NCBI GenBank assembly: GCA_963755525.1 | Contig: CAVWKC010000024.1 | Coordinates: forward strand, 58,251-122,250 | DNA from: an uncultured Solirubrobacterales bacterium | GTDB taxonomy: Bacteria; Actinomycetota; Thermoleophilia; Solirubrobacterales; Solirubrobacteraceae | Reading direction: 5' to 3' | DNA: 64,000 nt | Shown here: piece by piece, positions 35,691 through 45,401 of the stretch | How the letters are laid out: the number at the start of each line of letters is the position of its first letter | How positions within the stretch are numbered: position 1 is the first letter of the stretch | Made by a program: the position numbers and the translations under genes | The notes under the pieces: generated by a model | Database searches by the model: none | Told to the model about the DNA's origin: nothing | What the model saw: only the letters and a program-made list of their open reading frames with translations

Positions 35691-37400
35691 CTACGCGACC
35701 TCGGCGGCCAGCAGCGCGTGGGTCTGCTCCTCGGTGGCCGGCAGTCCGATCAGGTCTCCCTGGGCGGCGTCGCAACCAAGGTCGCGGAGCGTCTCGAGCT
35801 GCGCCTCGGTCTCGACACCGTCGGCGACCACTCCGAGCCCGAGCGCGTGCCCCAGCTCGACCAGTGCGACGACGATCGACGCGTCCTCGTCGGACTCGCC
35901 GAGCTCGCGGATGAAGCTGCGGTGGATCTTGAGCGCATCGATCGGGAGCTGCCGCAGCCGGGAGAACGGCGCGGCACCCGATCCGAAGTCGCTGAGCGCG
36001 AGCCGCACCCCGATCTCCTCGAGCGCCCGAAGCGTCTCGGTGACCGCCTCGGGATCCTCGCCGACGGCTCCCTCGGGGATCTCCAGGCAGACGGCGCCGG
36101 GGGCGACGCCGCTGGCGTTGATCGCGTCGCTCAGCACCGATTCGAGGCTCGCGTCCCGCAGCTGGCGCGCCGACATGCCCAGCGACAGCCGCATCTCGGG
36201 CTTGGACGTACGCCAATGAGCGAGCCGGTGGAGCGCGTGCTCGAGCGCGAACCGCAAAATCGCTGTTGCGCTGCCGGTGGCGTCCGCGACCGGCATGAAC
36301 TGCTCGGGGTCGAGCAGGCCGCGGCGGGGATGCTGCCAGTGGACCTGGGCGTCGACCCAAAGCACGTCGGTGACTTCGTTCAGCGCGATGCGCGGGCGGT
36401 ACTTGAGGCGAAGCTGGTCGCGGTCGACCGCCTGCCGGAGCTCGGCCTCGAGTTCGATCCTCGCGATCGCCCGCCGGCGCGAGTCCTCGTCGAACAGCTC
36501 GAAGCGGGAGCGGCCGCGCTCCTTGGCCCGATACATCGCGGCATCCGCCTCGCGGATCACCGTCTCTGGCGGAACCGACGGATCGGCCACCATCGCGATC
36601 CCGACGCTCACGGTGATCGTCAGCTCGACGCCGTCGACGTCGATCGGCCGGCTTGCGGCCTGGCAGATCCGGTCGGCGATCAGCACGACCTCGCGCTCGG
36701 AGGTCAGGTCCTCGAACAGGAACGTGAACTCGTCCCCGCCGAACCGGGCCACCGTGTCCATCGGGCGCAGCATCGCGCTGAGGCGCTCTCCCAACGTGAT
36801 CAGCAGCCTGTCTCCGACCGCGTGCCCGTGGCAGTCGTTGATCTCCTTGAAGTTGTCGAAATCGAGGAACATGACGGCCGTCTGGGTGCCCGAGCGGCGA
36901 GCGCGCTCGAGCGCGACTCCGAGCCGGTCGAGGAACAGGGCACGGTTGGGGAGGCCGGTCAGCTGGTCGTGGAGGGCCTGGTGTGCCAGGTCGGACTCCG
37001 AGCGCTTGCGCTCGATCGCGTGGGTGAGCGCACGGCGGAGCACGGTCGCCTGGAGCTCGGACTTGACCAGGTAATCCTGGGCGCCGGCCTTGACCGCCTC
37101 GAGCGCCAGCGCTTCGTCGTCGCCCGCCGACAGCAGCACGATCGGCGCGTCCGGGGCGGACAGCCGCACGTATTCGAGCAGGTCCAGCGTGGCGTCGTTC
37201 TCGCCGGCCGGGACGTCGAGCAGCACGCAGCACGACGGATAGTCGACCAACGCCTGCGCGGCCGCCGCGTCCCACTCGGCGTGGGCCAGCAGCTGCACAC
37301 GGCTCCAGTTCGCGCGCAGCAGCTCGTCGATCAGACGAGCGGTATGGAAATCGGCGGACAGCAGCAGCACCCGTACCGGGCCTGCGTGGACCGAATCCAC
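35691..37400 (-). CDS. REC-GGDEF-EAL(degenerate) diguanylate cyclase
   Basis: GAQDYLVK, HDQLTGLPNR and RPMD-TVARF-GGDEF. The EAL motifs are altered to VDAQVHW and SDFGSG. Confidence 0.92.
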   Translation of the reverse strand: MDSVHAGPVRVLLLSADFHTARLIDELLRANWSRVQLLAHAEWDAAAAQALVDYPSCCVLLDVPAGENDATLDLLEYVRLSAPDAPIVLLSAGDDEALALEAVKAGAQDYLVKSELQATVLRRALTHAIERKRSESDLAHQALHDQLTGLPNRALFLDRLGVALERARRSGTQTAVMFLDFDNFKEINDCHGHAVGDRLLITLGERLSAMLRPMDTVARFGGDEFTFLFEDLTSEREVVLIADRICQAASRPIDVDGVELTITVSVGIAMVADPSVPPETVIREADAAMYRAKERGRSRFELFDEDSRRRAIARIELEAELRQAVDRDQLRLKYRPRIALNEVTDVLWVDAQVHWQHPRRGLLDPEQFMPVADATGSATAILRFALEHALHRLAHWRTSKPEMRLSLGMSARQLRDASLESVLSDAINASGVAPGAVCLEIPEGAVGEDPEAVTETLRALEEIGVRLALSDFGSGAAPFSRLRQLPIDALKIHRSFIRELGESDEDASIVVALVELGHALGLGVVADGVETEAQLETLRDLGCDAAQGDLIGLPATEEQTHALLAAEVA

Positions 37401-37520
37401 CAAAAATGAACCCCCTTTTCGAGCAACAGCTCTACATCCGTGATCAAACTTGCTCACCTTAAGAATGCGTCCTTACCCGCAAAACTTGTGGATCAGCCTA
37501 AAAATCGCGCGAGAACCCAG

Positions 37521-38894
37521 ATGAAGCTCGGGCGGCTACAAACACTGCGGTTCCGGCTCGTTCTTGCCGCTGCCGGATCGATCCTCGTCGCGCTCGTGCT
37601 ATTCGGCGTCGCCACCGTCCTCGTCGTCGGACATCAACTCCGCGGCTCGCTCGACAGCGCCCTGCGCCAGCGGGCGGCCGAGGTCGCAGAACTCGCGGTC
37701 TCAGCGCCGGCGGTGCTGAACGACCCCGGCGCGCTCGAGAGCCCGGTGTCGGGGCGGGCGATCGCGGTGCAGGTGATCGACGCCCACGGCCGGATCCTCG
37801 CCCGCTCGCTGACGCTCGGTGCCGGGGTGCTGCCCGAGGATCGGTTGGCCCGATCCGCTGTTGCCGATGGCGCCACCGGGTTCGAGAACATCTCGATCGG
37901 CGGTCAACCGTACCGCCTGTTCGCGGCGCCGATCGCGCTGAGTGGGCCGGCCGGCGGCGGTGCCGTGCTGGTCGCCTCGGACACGTCGGACATCTCGCAG
38001 ACGACGGCCCACATCGGGCTGCTCGTGGTGCTGATCGGCGCCGGCGCGGCGCTGCTCGCGGCGCTGCTGGCCGCGGCGCTCACCCGGCGCGGGCTGAGGC
38101 CGCTGCGGAGGCTGGCGGCCGGCGCCGGCGAGATCGAGCGGACGGCTGACCCTTCCCGCCGGCTGCCTTCGCGAGAGGTGGCGGATGAGATCGGCCAGCT
38201 GACCGGCGTGCTCAATCGGATGCTGGCCTCGCTCGAGGCCGCGCGCGCCGGCGAGCGCCGGTTCCTGGCCGACGCGTCGCACGAGCTACGGACGCCGGTG
38301 ACGACGCTGCTCGGGAACGTCGAGTTCGCGGCGCGACACGGTGCCGACCCCGAGGTGCTCGAGGAGTTGCAGCGCGACGCCCGCCGGCTCGCGCGGCTGG
38401 TCGACGATCTGCTCGTGCTCGAGCGGGCCGACGCCGGCGTTTCGCAGGAAGGCGAGGTCGACCTCGGGGAGGTCGTCCGCGGGGTGGCGGACGCTCACGC
38501 TTCCTCAGCGGAAGGGGAGGGCGGCGGCCGGGTCGGGGTGGCCGGCGTGGATCACGCGCTCGTGCGCGGCGATCAGAGTGCGCTGGCCCGCGCGCTCGAG
38601 AACCTGGTCGAGAACGCCCTGGTCCACGGACCGGAGGGCGGCCGGGTCACGATCTCGCTGTCACGGGTCAACGGACTCGCGTTGGTGACCGTGCGCGACG
38701 AGGGGCCGGGGCCGGATCCGACCGACCGCGACCGGCTGTTCGAGCGGTTCTGGCGCGGCGACGGCGCGTCCGGCCGGCCGGGATCGGGGCTCGGGCTCTC
38801 GATCGTCTTGGCGATCGTCGACCGGCACGGCGGGAGGGTCAAGGTCGACGGATCGGCGTTCACACTCGAGCTGCCGGCGGTCGAGGATGATTGA
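37521..38894 (+). CDS. HAMP-domain sensor histidine kinase (MprB-like)
   Basis: 2 TM, HAMP, DASHELRTP, NLVENALVHG, DEGPG and GSGLGL. Confidence 0.95.
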   Translation: MKLGRLQTLRFRLVLAAAGSILVALVLFGVATVLVVGHQLRGSLDSALRQRAAEVAELAVSAPAVLNDPGALESPVSGRAIAVQVIDAHGRILARSLTLGAGVLPEDRLARSAVADGATGFENISIGGQPYRLFAAPIALSGPAGGGAVLVASDTSDISQTTAHIGLLVVLIGAGAALLAALLAAALTRRGLRPLRRLAAGAGEIERTADPSRRLPSREVADEIGQLTGVLNRMLASLEAARAGERRFLADASHELRTPVTTLLGNVEFAARHGADPEVLEELQRDARRLARLVDDLLVLERADAGVSQEGEVDLGEVVRGVADAHASSAEGEGGGRVGVAGVDHALVRGDQSALARALENLVENALVHGPEGGRVTISLSRVNGLALVTVRDEGPGPDPTDRDRLFERFWRGDGASGRPGSGLGLSIVLAIVDRHGGRVKVDGSAFTLELPAVEDD

Positions 38895-38908
38895 CGCGCA
38901 GGCGCGAT

Positions 38909-38925
38909 TCTCATATTGGTCTTAC
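38909..38925 (+). promoter_or_regulatory. Candidate OmpR/MprA-type tandem binding site
   Basis: TCTCAT-N5-TCTTAC (11-bp period) between the kinase gene and the apbE operon. Confidence 0.4.
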
Positions 38926-38979
38926 TGAGCGCTGATTCTCTGTTGCAGAGATCGAGTCATGATTGGACGCGAACATCGG

Positions 38980-39434
38980 ATGAGCACCAGCAACAAGTCG
39001 TCGGCCGCGCTCGCCCGCGACGCCGCTATCACGCGCCTGCGCCGCACGCGCCGGTGGGTGATCGCCGGCACCGCGGCGCTCACCGCCGGCTTGGCAGCGC
39101 TCGTCTCGGCGGTGGCGCCAGGGCGGTCGCTGGCGTCGAAGAGGTCATCTGGAACGGGGACCGCGACCGCCGCCAAAACGAGCGCGTCGTCCTCCACGGT
39201 GCCGCAGCTGCCGCCGGTGGCAAATCCGAGCACGCTCGGCCTAAGGGACCGAGCCAGGCGCCTCAGTCGGTGCCGGACCCGCCCCAGACCCAGACCCAGA
39301 CCCAGACTCAGACCCAGTCGGCACCGAGTCCGCCGCAGAGCTCTTCGCCGGCGCCCGACCCGGGATCCTCACCCTCGCCTGGGGGCTCGGGGGGCGGTTC
39401 CGGAGGCGGCGGAGTCGTCTCGGGGGGCTCGTGA
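38980..39434 (+). CDS. Exported/anchored low-complexity protein ending VVSGGS, one frameshift ~39245
   Basis: RLRRTRRWVIAG plus a hydrophobic helix, then an S/T/P/Q/G linker with (QT)5 from a CAGACC repeat at ~39285-39317. Confidence 0.7.
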
Positions 39435-39443
39435 GCGGACGCC

Positions 39444-40448
39444 ATGCGGCATGCCGAGGAACGCGCGACGCTCGAGGCGTTCGGAACCACCGCGCTTGTC
39501 GCGGTCACTGACGCCGGCGCACTAGCCGCGGCCAGGGCCGTCGTCGAGCGAATCGTCGCCGAGTTCGATCATGCGTGCTCGCGGTTCCGCGAGGACTCCG
39601 AACTGTCGGCGGTCAACGCGGCAGCCGGCGCAGCGGTGCATGTCGGGCCGGTGTTGCTAGAGGCGGTGACCGTCGCCCTCCGCGCGGCGCGGCTGACCGG
39701 TGGGGACGTCGATCCAACTGTGGGACAGGCGCTGATCTCGCTCGGATACGACCGAGACTTCGCGGAGATGCCGGTGGGGGTGGGCGGTGGTGTGGCAGTG
39801 CCCGGTGGGCGCCCGCTGGCATCCGTTCCGGGCTGGCGGACCGTGAACCTCGATCCCGAGCGGAGCACGATCCGCGTCGGCGGCGGAGTCAGTCTCGATC
39901 TTGGCGCCACCGCAAAGGCGCTGGCCGCGGACCGGGCGGCGGCGGAGGCGAGCGCTGCCGCCGGCTGCGGCGTGCTCGTGTCATTCGGCGGCGACCTGGC
40001 GATCGCCGGGCCGGCGCCGGCGGAGGGATGGCGGATCCGCGTGACCGACGACCACCGCTCGGGGTTCGACGCGCCCGGTCAGTGGATCTCGCTGAGCTCC
40101 GGCGGGCTCGCCACGTCGAGCACCGCGGTCCGCCGGTGGCTTTCCGGCACCAGGACCGCTCATCACCTGATCGATCCGCTCACCGGTCTATCCGCCGAGA
40201 GCGTGTGGCGCACGGCCAGCGTGTCCGCCGGCTCGTGCGTGGACGCGAACATCGCGAGCACCGCCACGATCGTCCGCGGCGAGAGGGCGGCGCCGTGGCT
40301 CGAGGCGCTCGCGCTGCCGAGCCGGCTCGTGCGCACGAACGGCAGCGTGCTCCATGTCGGGGGCTGGCCTTCAGACGGCGACGACCTGCCGCTGGTGGGG
40401 TCCGGCTCCACAACGCTGAGCCTGGTTCCGGACGGGTCGGGATCATGA
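39444..40448 (+). CDS. apbE: FAD:protein FMN transferase
   Basis: FGT, CSRFREDSELSAVN, GDVDPTVG, LDLGATAK, GGDL, ATSS, HHLIDP and ANIAST. Confidence 0.95.
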   Translation: MRHAEERATLEAFGTTALVAVTDAGALAAARAVVERIVAEFDHACSRFREDSELSAVNAAAGAAVHVGPVLLEAVTVALRAARLTGGDVDPTVGQALISLGYDRDFAEMPVGVGGGVAVPGGRPLASVPGWRTVNLDPERSTIRVGGGVSLDLGATAKALAADRAAAEASAAAGCGVLVSFGGDLAIAGPAPAEGWRIRVTDDHRSGFDAPGQWISLSSGGLATSSTAVRRWLSGTRTAHHLIDPLTGLSAESVWRTASVSAGSCVDANIASTATIVRGERAAPWLEALALPSRLVRTNGSVLHVGGWPSDGDDLPLVGSGSTTLSLVPDGSGS

Positions 40449-41563
40449 GTTTCGGGGTCGGCGCGACGCTCTCACCGAGCGCCTACTGGTATCTCGCGCG
40501 CGGCACGGGCGCGGTCGCGCTCGTGTTGCTGACCGCGAGCGTGGTCATCGGAATCGTCGGCACAGTGCGGGTCGTGACCGCGCGCTGGCCGAGATTCGCG
40601 ATCGACTCGGTCCACCGGGACGTGTCGTTGCTCGTGCTCGTCGTGCTCGTGATCCACATCGTGACGAGCGTGCTCGACGGGTTCGCGCCGATCACGCTGC
40701 TCGACGGGGTGATCCCGTTTGTATCGCCCTACCGCCCGCTCTGGTTGGGTCTCGGCACGCTGGCGTTCGATCTGCTCTTGGCGATTGCAATCACCAGCCT
40801 CGTGCGCAGGCGGCTCGGTTACCGTGCGTGGCGTACCGTCCACTGGCTCGCGTACGCGAGCTGGCCGGTCGCGGTGCTGCACGGCCTCGGCACCGGCAGC
40901 GACGTCAAGCAGTGGTGGATGCTGGCGCTGACCGTGATCTGCATCGTCGCCGTGCTGGCGGCCGTGTGGACGCGGATCGCCATGTGTCCTCCGACCACGC
41001 CGGTCTGCGCGCGCCCGCGACGGCGCTCGCGGTGATCACTCCGAGTCGGGCTTCTGATCTTCACGATCGCGGGCCCGCTCCAGACTGGGTGGGCTCGGCG
41101 CGCGGGGACGCCGTCGTCGCTGCTCGGCAAGCCGTCGAGGGTTTCGTCAGCGTCGGGGTCGGGGTCGGTTTCGTCGCCGGGCGGCGTGGCGAAGCCTGCT
41201 GCTCTCAGCGGACCGTTCGTCTCGACGGTTGCCGGCAACGTCCACGAGACGCCGGCAGCCGGCGGTGCGGTGGTCGACCTCGTTCTGAACGTCCAGGGTC
41301 AGGCGAGGGGGGTGCTGCGCGTGCGGATCGCCGGGACGCCGATCGGGGCCGGGTTATCGATGACCGGAAGTCAGGTCGACCTCGCGCTCGCCGGCGTCCC
41401 GACGGTGCTGGAGGGAACGATCGACTCGCTCCGCGGGAGCGAGTTCAGCGCCCGTCTGACCGATAGCCAGGGCTCGGCAATCGAGGTCCACGCCGCGCTC
41501 CAGATCGACATCCAGAGCGACAATGTCACCGGGACGCTGTCGGGCACGCCGGAGCACGGCTGA
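40445..41563 (+). CDS. Ferric reductase/MsrQ-like heme membrane protein with an extracytoplasmic C-terminal domain; compensating indels ~40983 and ~41044
   Basis: WYLARGTG, with His ligands in VHRDVS, IHIV, VHWLAY and LHGLGTGSD. GPLQTGWARRAGTP follows the indels. Confidence 0.88.
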
Positions 41564-42840
41564 TGAGCACCGACGTCGGCCATCACGGACTGCCGCGGCT
41601 GCTCGCCGGCTTGGAGCCGGGCGGCCCGATGTCGCTCGCCGCGCACACGCACGTCCACGGACCGCTCCCGCGAGTACCCGCTCACCAACTGATCGAGGAG
41701 GTCGAGCGCAGCGGCCTGCGCGGCCGGGGCGGAGCGGACTTCCCGACGGCGCGCAAGCTCCGCGCAGTGGCCGAGCGCCGGCGCGTCGGGCCGGTGATCG
41801 TCAACGGTTCCGAGACCGAGCCGGCGAGCGCCAAAGACCGCCTGCTGCTGGCGAGGCTCCCACACCTGGTGCTCGACGGCGCAGTGGTCGCGGCCGGCGC
41901 GGTCGGCGTCGCGAAAGGTGATCGTCAAGGTCGGCTCGACGTCGGTGCGATGCGGTCAGCGCGCTCTCGAGGGCGCCGTCTCGGTGCGCGAGCGCGATCC
42001 GGTGCCGATTTAGGTCGTACGCGGCGCCGGAGGGGTACGTCGCCGGCGAGGAGAGCGCCGTCGTCCACTACCTGAACGGTGGCGCCCAGCTGCCGACGTT
42101 CGTTCCCGCCGCGGCCGTTCGAGCGTGGCTATAACGGCCGCCCGACGCTGATCCAGAACCCCGAGACGCTCGCCCAACTCGCGCTCGTGGCCCGCTTCGG
42201 CTCGCGCTGGTACCGCGAGCTCGGAACGGTCGCCGATCCCGGCTCGGCGCTGGTCACGATCACCGGCGCGGTCAGGGCGCCGGGCGTGTACGAGCTCGCG
42301 TTCGGGACCACGATGAGTGACCTGCTGGACGCGGCAGGGGGTCCGGCTGAGCCACTCCAGGCGTTGCTTGTCGGCGGCTACTTCGGCACCTGGATGGAGG
42401 CCTCGGAGGCGGCGTCGCTGCGACTCGCGCGCGAGGATCTCCGTTCGGTCGGGTGCTCGCTCGGATCCGGCGTTCTGATCGCGCTCGGCGAGAGCTCGTG
42501 CGGCCTGCACGAGAGCGCGCGAGTGATCTCGTACCTGGCGGCACAGTCCGCCGGCCAGTGCGGTCCGTGCGTGTACGGGCTGCGCGCGATCGCCGACTCG
42601 GTGGGCGCGCTCGCCGGCGGGGTCGCCCACCCGCACGAGCGCGAGCGCGTGCTCCGCTGGGCGAGCGAGATCCGAGGGCGTGGCGCCTGCCATCACCCTG
42701 ACGGCGCGGTGCGGTTCGTCGAGAGCGCGCTCCGGGTGTTCGCCGAGGAAATCGACTGGCACGTCGGTGGTGTTTGCGACGCGCCGCCGGCGGGTCTGCC
42801 GCTCGGCGGGCAGACCGTCGCCGGAGGCCGGCTTCGATGA
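41563..42840 (+). CDS. NuoF-like FMN/[4Fe-4S] NAD(P)H-binding protein; several indels and one in-frame stop at 41915-42100
   Basis: SGLRGRGGADFPT, NGSETEPASAKD, YVAGEESA, NPETLA and SAGQCGPC...GACHHPDG. Confidence 0.85.
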
Positions 42841-43037
42841 GCGCGCGGCTGCGGGTCAACCCGATCGCGTGCGAGGCGCACGGGCTGTGCGCGGAGCTTC
42901 TGCCCGAGCTGATCCGCCTCGACGACTGGGGCTACCCGATCCTCGACGAGTCCGAGGTGCCGCCGGACCTGCTCGGGCTCGCCCGGCGCGCGGTCGACGC
43001 GTGCCCAACGCTGGCGCTGCTGCTCGACGACGCGTAG
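42837..43037 (+). CDS. Ferredoxin (3Fe-4S type)
   Basis: CEAHGLC...CP (CxxHxxC), DDWGYP and an ATGA overlap. Confidence 0.92.
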   Translation: MSARLRVNPIACEAHGLCAELLPELIRLDDWGYPILDESEVPPDLLGLARRAVDACPTLALLLDDA

Positions 43038-43252
43038 TCGCGCGTCTTCGTGATCCGCGGCGCGTTTGCGCCACGAACTGCGGGCACCTGGAGTGGGGCG
43101 CGAGGGGTCGTCGGCGGCCCTGCGGAGCTATTGACCCCGTGAAATACCTGCATTGTGCGACATTTGACGCGCGCGGACGGAGCCCTGCCGAGTCAAGCAT
43201 GCCCCACATGCGTGACGCGCCACAGCCTGCGGACGAGCCGGCAATTGTCGAC

Positions 43253-43780
43253 TTATGCAGGTTCTCGACTCGGCTCGTAAGGATCGTCGTCCGAAAGCTC
43301 GAGCTGCCACCAGCCGACGTCCCACCACCGGTCGAACTTGAAGCCGATCCGCGTCAACACGCCGACGGGCTTGAACCCGCACGCCTCGTGGAGCCCGACG
43401 CTCGCGTCGTTCGGGAGCCCGATGACCGCGAGCGCGCTCCGGTAGTCCCGCTCAGCGAGCGCCGCGAGCAGTGCCTGGTACAGGGCGCGTCCGGCGCCGC
43501 GCCGGTGGTGGCGCGGGTCGATGTACACGGTCACCTCGGTCGCCCGGCGGTAGGCGGCACGCTCACGGTGCGGGCACGCGTACGCGTAGCCGAGGACTTC
43601 GCCACCGTCCTCGGCCACGAGCCAGGGATGGGTGGGTGTCAACCGCTCGATCCGCGTCGCCATCTCGTCCGCCGTCGGCGGCACGTCCTCGAATGAGACG
43701 GCGGTGTCGGTGACGAACGGCGCGTAGATCGCGGCGATCGCGTCGGCATCGCGGGCGCTGTCGACGGGCCGGATGCGCAT
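43253..43780 (-). CDS. GNAT N-acetyltransferase (phosphinothricin acetyltransferase-like)
   Basis: IAAIY, SFE..PP, GYAYA, R.GAGRALY, PNDASVGLHEACGF and GFKFDRWWDV. Confidence 0.93.
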   Translation of the reverse strand: MRIRPVDSARDADAIAAIYAPFVTDTAVSFEDVPPTADEMATRIERLTPTHPWLVAEDGGEVLGYAYACPHRERAAYRRATEVTVYIDPRHHRRGAGRALYQALLAALAERDYRSALAVIGLPNDASVGLHEACGFKPVGVLTRIGFKFDRWWDVGWWQLELSDDDPYEPSREPA

Positions 43781-43785
43781 CCGGC

Positions 43786-44169
43786 TTAGTGGTCTCTTTC
43801 GGGCGCGCCCTGCTGCCAGATGCCGATCTCGTTGCCGGCGGGATCGCGGAACGTCGCCACGGTCAGGTTGCCCTCGGGGTAGGGGGCGGTCGCGGGCTCG
43901 GCACCGTTCGCGACCGCCCGGTCGAGCGTCGCTGCGACGTCCTCGACGTAGACGTAGGGCCGGACGCCCGCCGCGCCGGCGACCGGCAGGTCCGCCATGA
44001 AGTGGCCGATGACGTGGCCACTGCCGTCCGCGAAGCTCGGATTGATGCGGTCGTTGTCGACCGTCCAGTCGAACACGGCTGCGTAGAAGGCCGCCGCGCG
44101 CTGTGGTTCCGGAGCGGGGATGCGCAGATACGACACGCCGCCGGGCCTGAATACCGTTGACTCCGCCAT
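43786..44169 (-). CDS. VOC/glyoxalase family protein
   Basis: AAAFYAAVFDW, YVYVEDV and FRDPAGNEIGIWQ. GATAAT lies 6 nt before the ATG. Confidence 0.9.
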   Translation of the reverse strand: MAESTVFRPGGVSYLRIPAPEPQRAAAFYAAVFDWTVDNDRINPSFADGSGHVIGHFMADLPVAGAAGVRPYVYVEDVAATLDRAVANGAEPATAPYPEGNLTVATFRDPAGNEIGIWQQGAPERDH

Positions 44170-44254
44170 GAGCTGATTATCCCAACGGTCCCCGCGCGCG
44201 ACCGATATGTAGTCTCGGCCGAGACAGCACCGGCGCACCAGGAGGAACAGAAAC

Positions 44255-45391
44255 TTGAACCTGACCGACGAGCAGCAAGCGTTCGTCGAGGCGATCCGCG
44301 ACTTCGCCAAGCGCGAGTGCGGGACCCGCGAGCAGCGCGACGCGCTCACCGACAACGGGCGCGAGCCCCACAACGCCGAGATCTACGCGAAGATCGCCGC
44401 CCTGGGATGGCTCGGCGCCGCGATCCCCGAGGAATTCGGCGGGACCGGGGGCGGTTCGGTCGACCTGTGCCTGCTGTGCGAGGAGTTCTCTCGCGGCCAG
44501 ATCCCGATGGGCTTCTTCCCGGTGACGATGATGTCGGCGCGCCCGGTCGAGCTGTTCGGAACCGACGCGCTGCAGGAGGAGATCCTCCCCAACATCGTCG
44601 CGGGGACGGTATACGCGATCGCAATGTCCGAGCCCGAGGCCGGGTCGGACGTGGGCAACCTGACGTGCCGGGCCGAGCGCTCGAACGGCGGGTACGTGAT
44701 CAACGGGCAGAAGACCTGGATCACGGGTGCCCACGCCGCCGACCACATCCTGCTCGTGTGCCGCACCTCCCGCACCGACGACAAGCATTTCGGGCTGACG
44801 ATGATCTCGGTCCCGCGCGATGCGGAGGGGCTGGAGATCCGAGGGATCGAGACGATGGGCGGGCGCGAGGTCAACGACATGTTCTTCACCGACTGCCACG
44901 TGTCCGAGGAGCGGGTCGTCGGCCGCCCCGATCACGCGTGGATGCAGCTGATGGCCGGACTCAACAACGAGCGGCTGATCATCGCGGCGCAGGCGCTCGG
45001 AATGGCGGAGCGCGCGTTCGAGGAAACGCTCGCCTACGTCAAGGAGCGAAAGCAGTTCGGCAAGACGATCGGCAGCTTCCAGACGATCGCGCACCGCCTG
45101 GCGGACCTCGCCACCGAGATCGAGTGCACCCGGCACCTCGTATACGGAGTCGCCGAGGCCGTCCAGGCGAACCCGGGGAAGATGCTCCCGCGCGAGGCGT
45201 CGATGGCCAAGCTCAAGGCGACCGAGACCGCCAAGCGCACGGCGCTCGAGGGAATGCAGATGATGGGCGGGTACGGCTACGCCACCGAGTACGACATGGA
45301 GGGGCACGTCCGCCATACGATCGTGACCACGATCTACGGCGGCACCAGCGAGATCCAGCGCGAGATCATCTCCCGTTCGCTGGGGCTGTAA
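44255..45391 (+). CDS. Acyl-CoA dehydrogenase
   Basis: AGGAGG RBS and TTG start, then AMSEPEAGSD, NGQKTWIT, RKQFGK.IGSFQ, GGYGY and IYGGTSEIQR. Confidence 0.96.
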   Translation: MNLTDEQQAFVEAIRDFAKRECGTREQRDALTDNGREPHNAEIYAKIAALGWLGAAIPEEFGGTGGGSVDLCLLCEEFSRGQIPMGFFPVTMMSARPVELFGTDALQEEILPNIVAGTVYAIAMSEPEAGSDVGNLTCRAERSNGGYVINGQKTWITGAHAADHILLVCRTSRTDDKHFGLTMISVPRDAEGLEIRGIETMGGREVNDMFFTDCHVSEERVVGRPDHAWMQLMAGLNNERLIIAAQALGMAERAFEETLAYVKERKQFGKTIGSFQTIAHRLADLATEIECTRHLVYGVAEAVQANPGKMLPREASMAKLKATETAKRTALEGMQMMGGYGYATEYDMEGHVRHTIVTTIYGGTSEIQREIISRSLGL

Positions 45392-45401
45392 TCGCCTTTC
45401 G

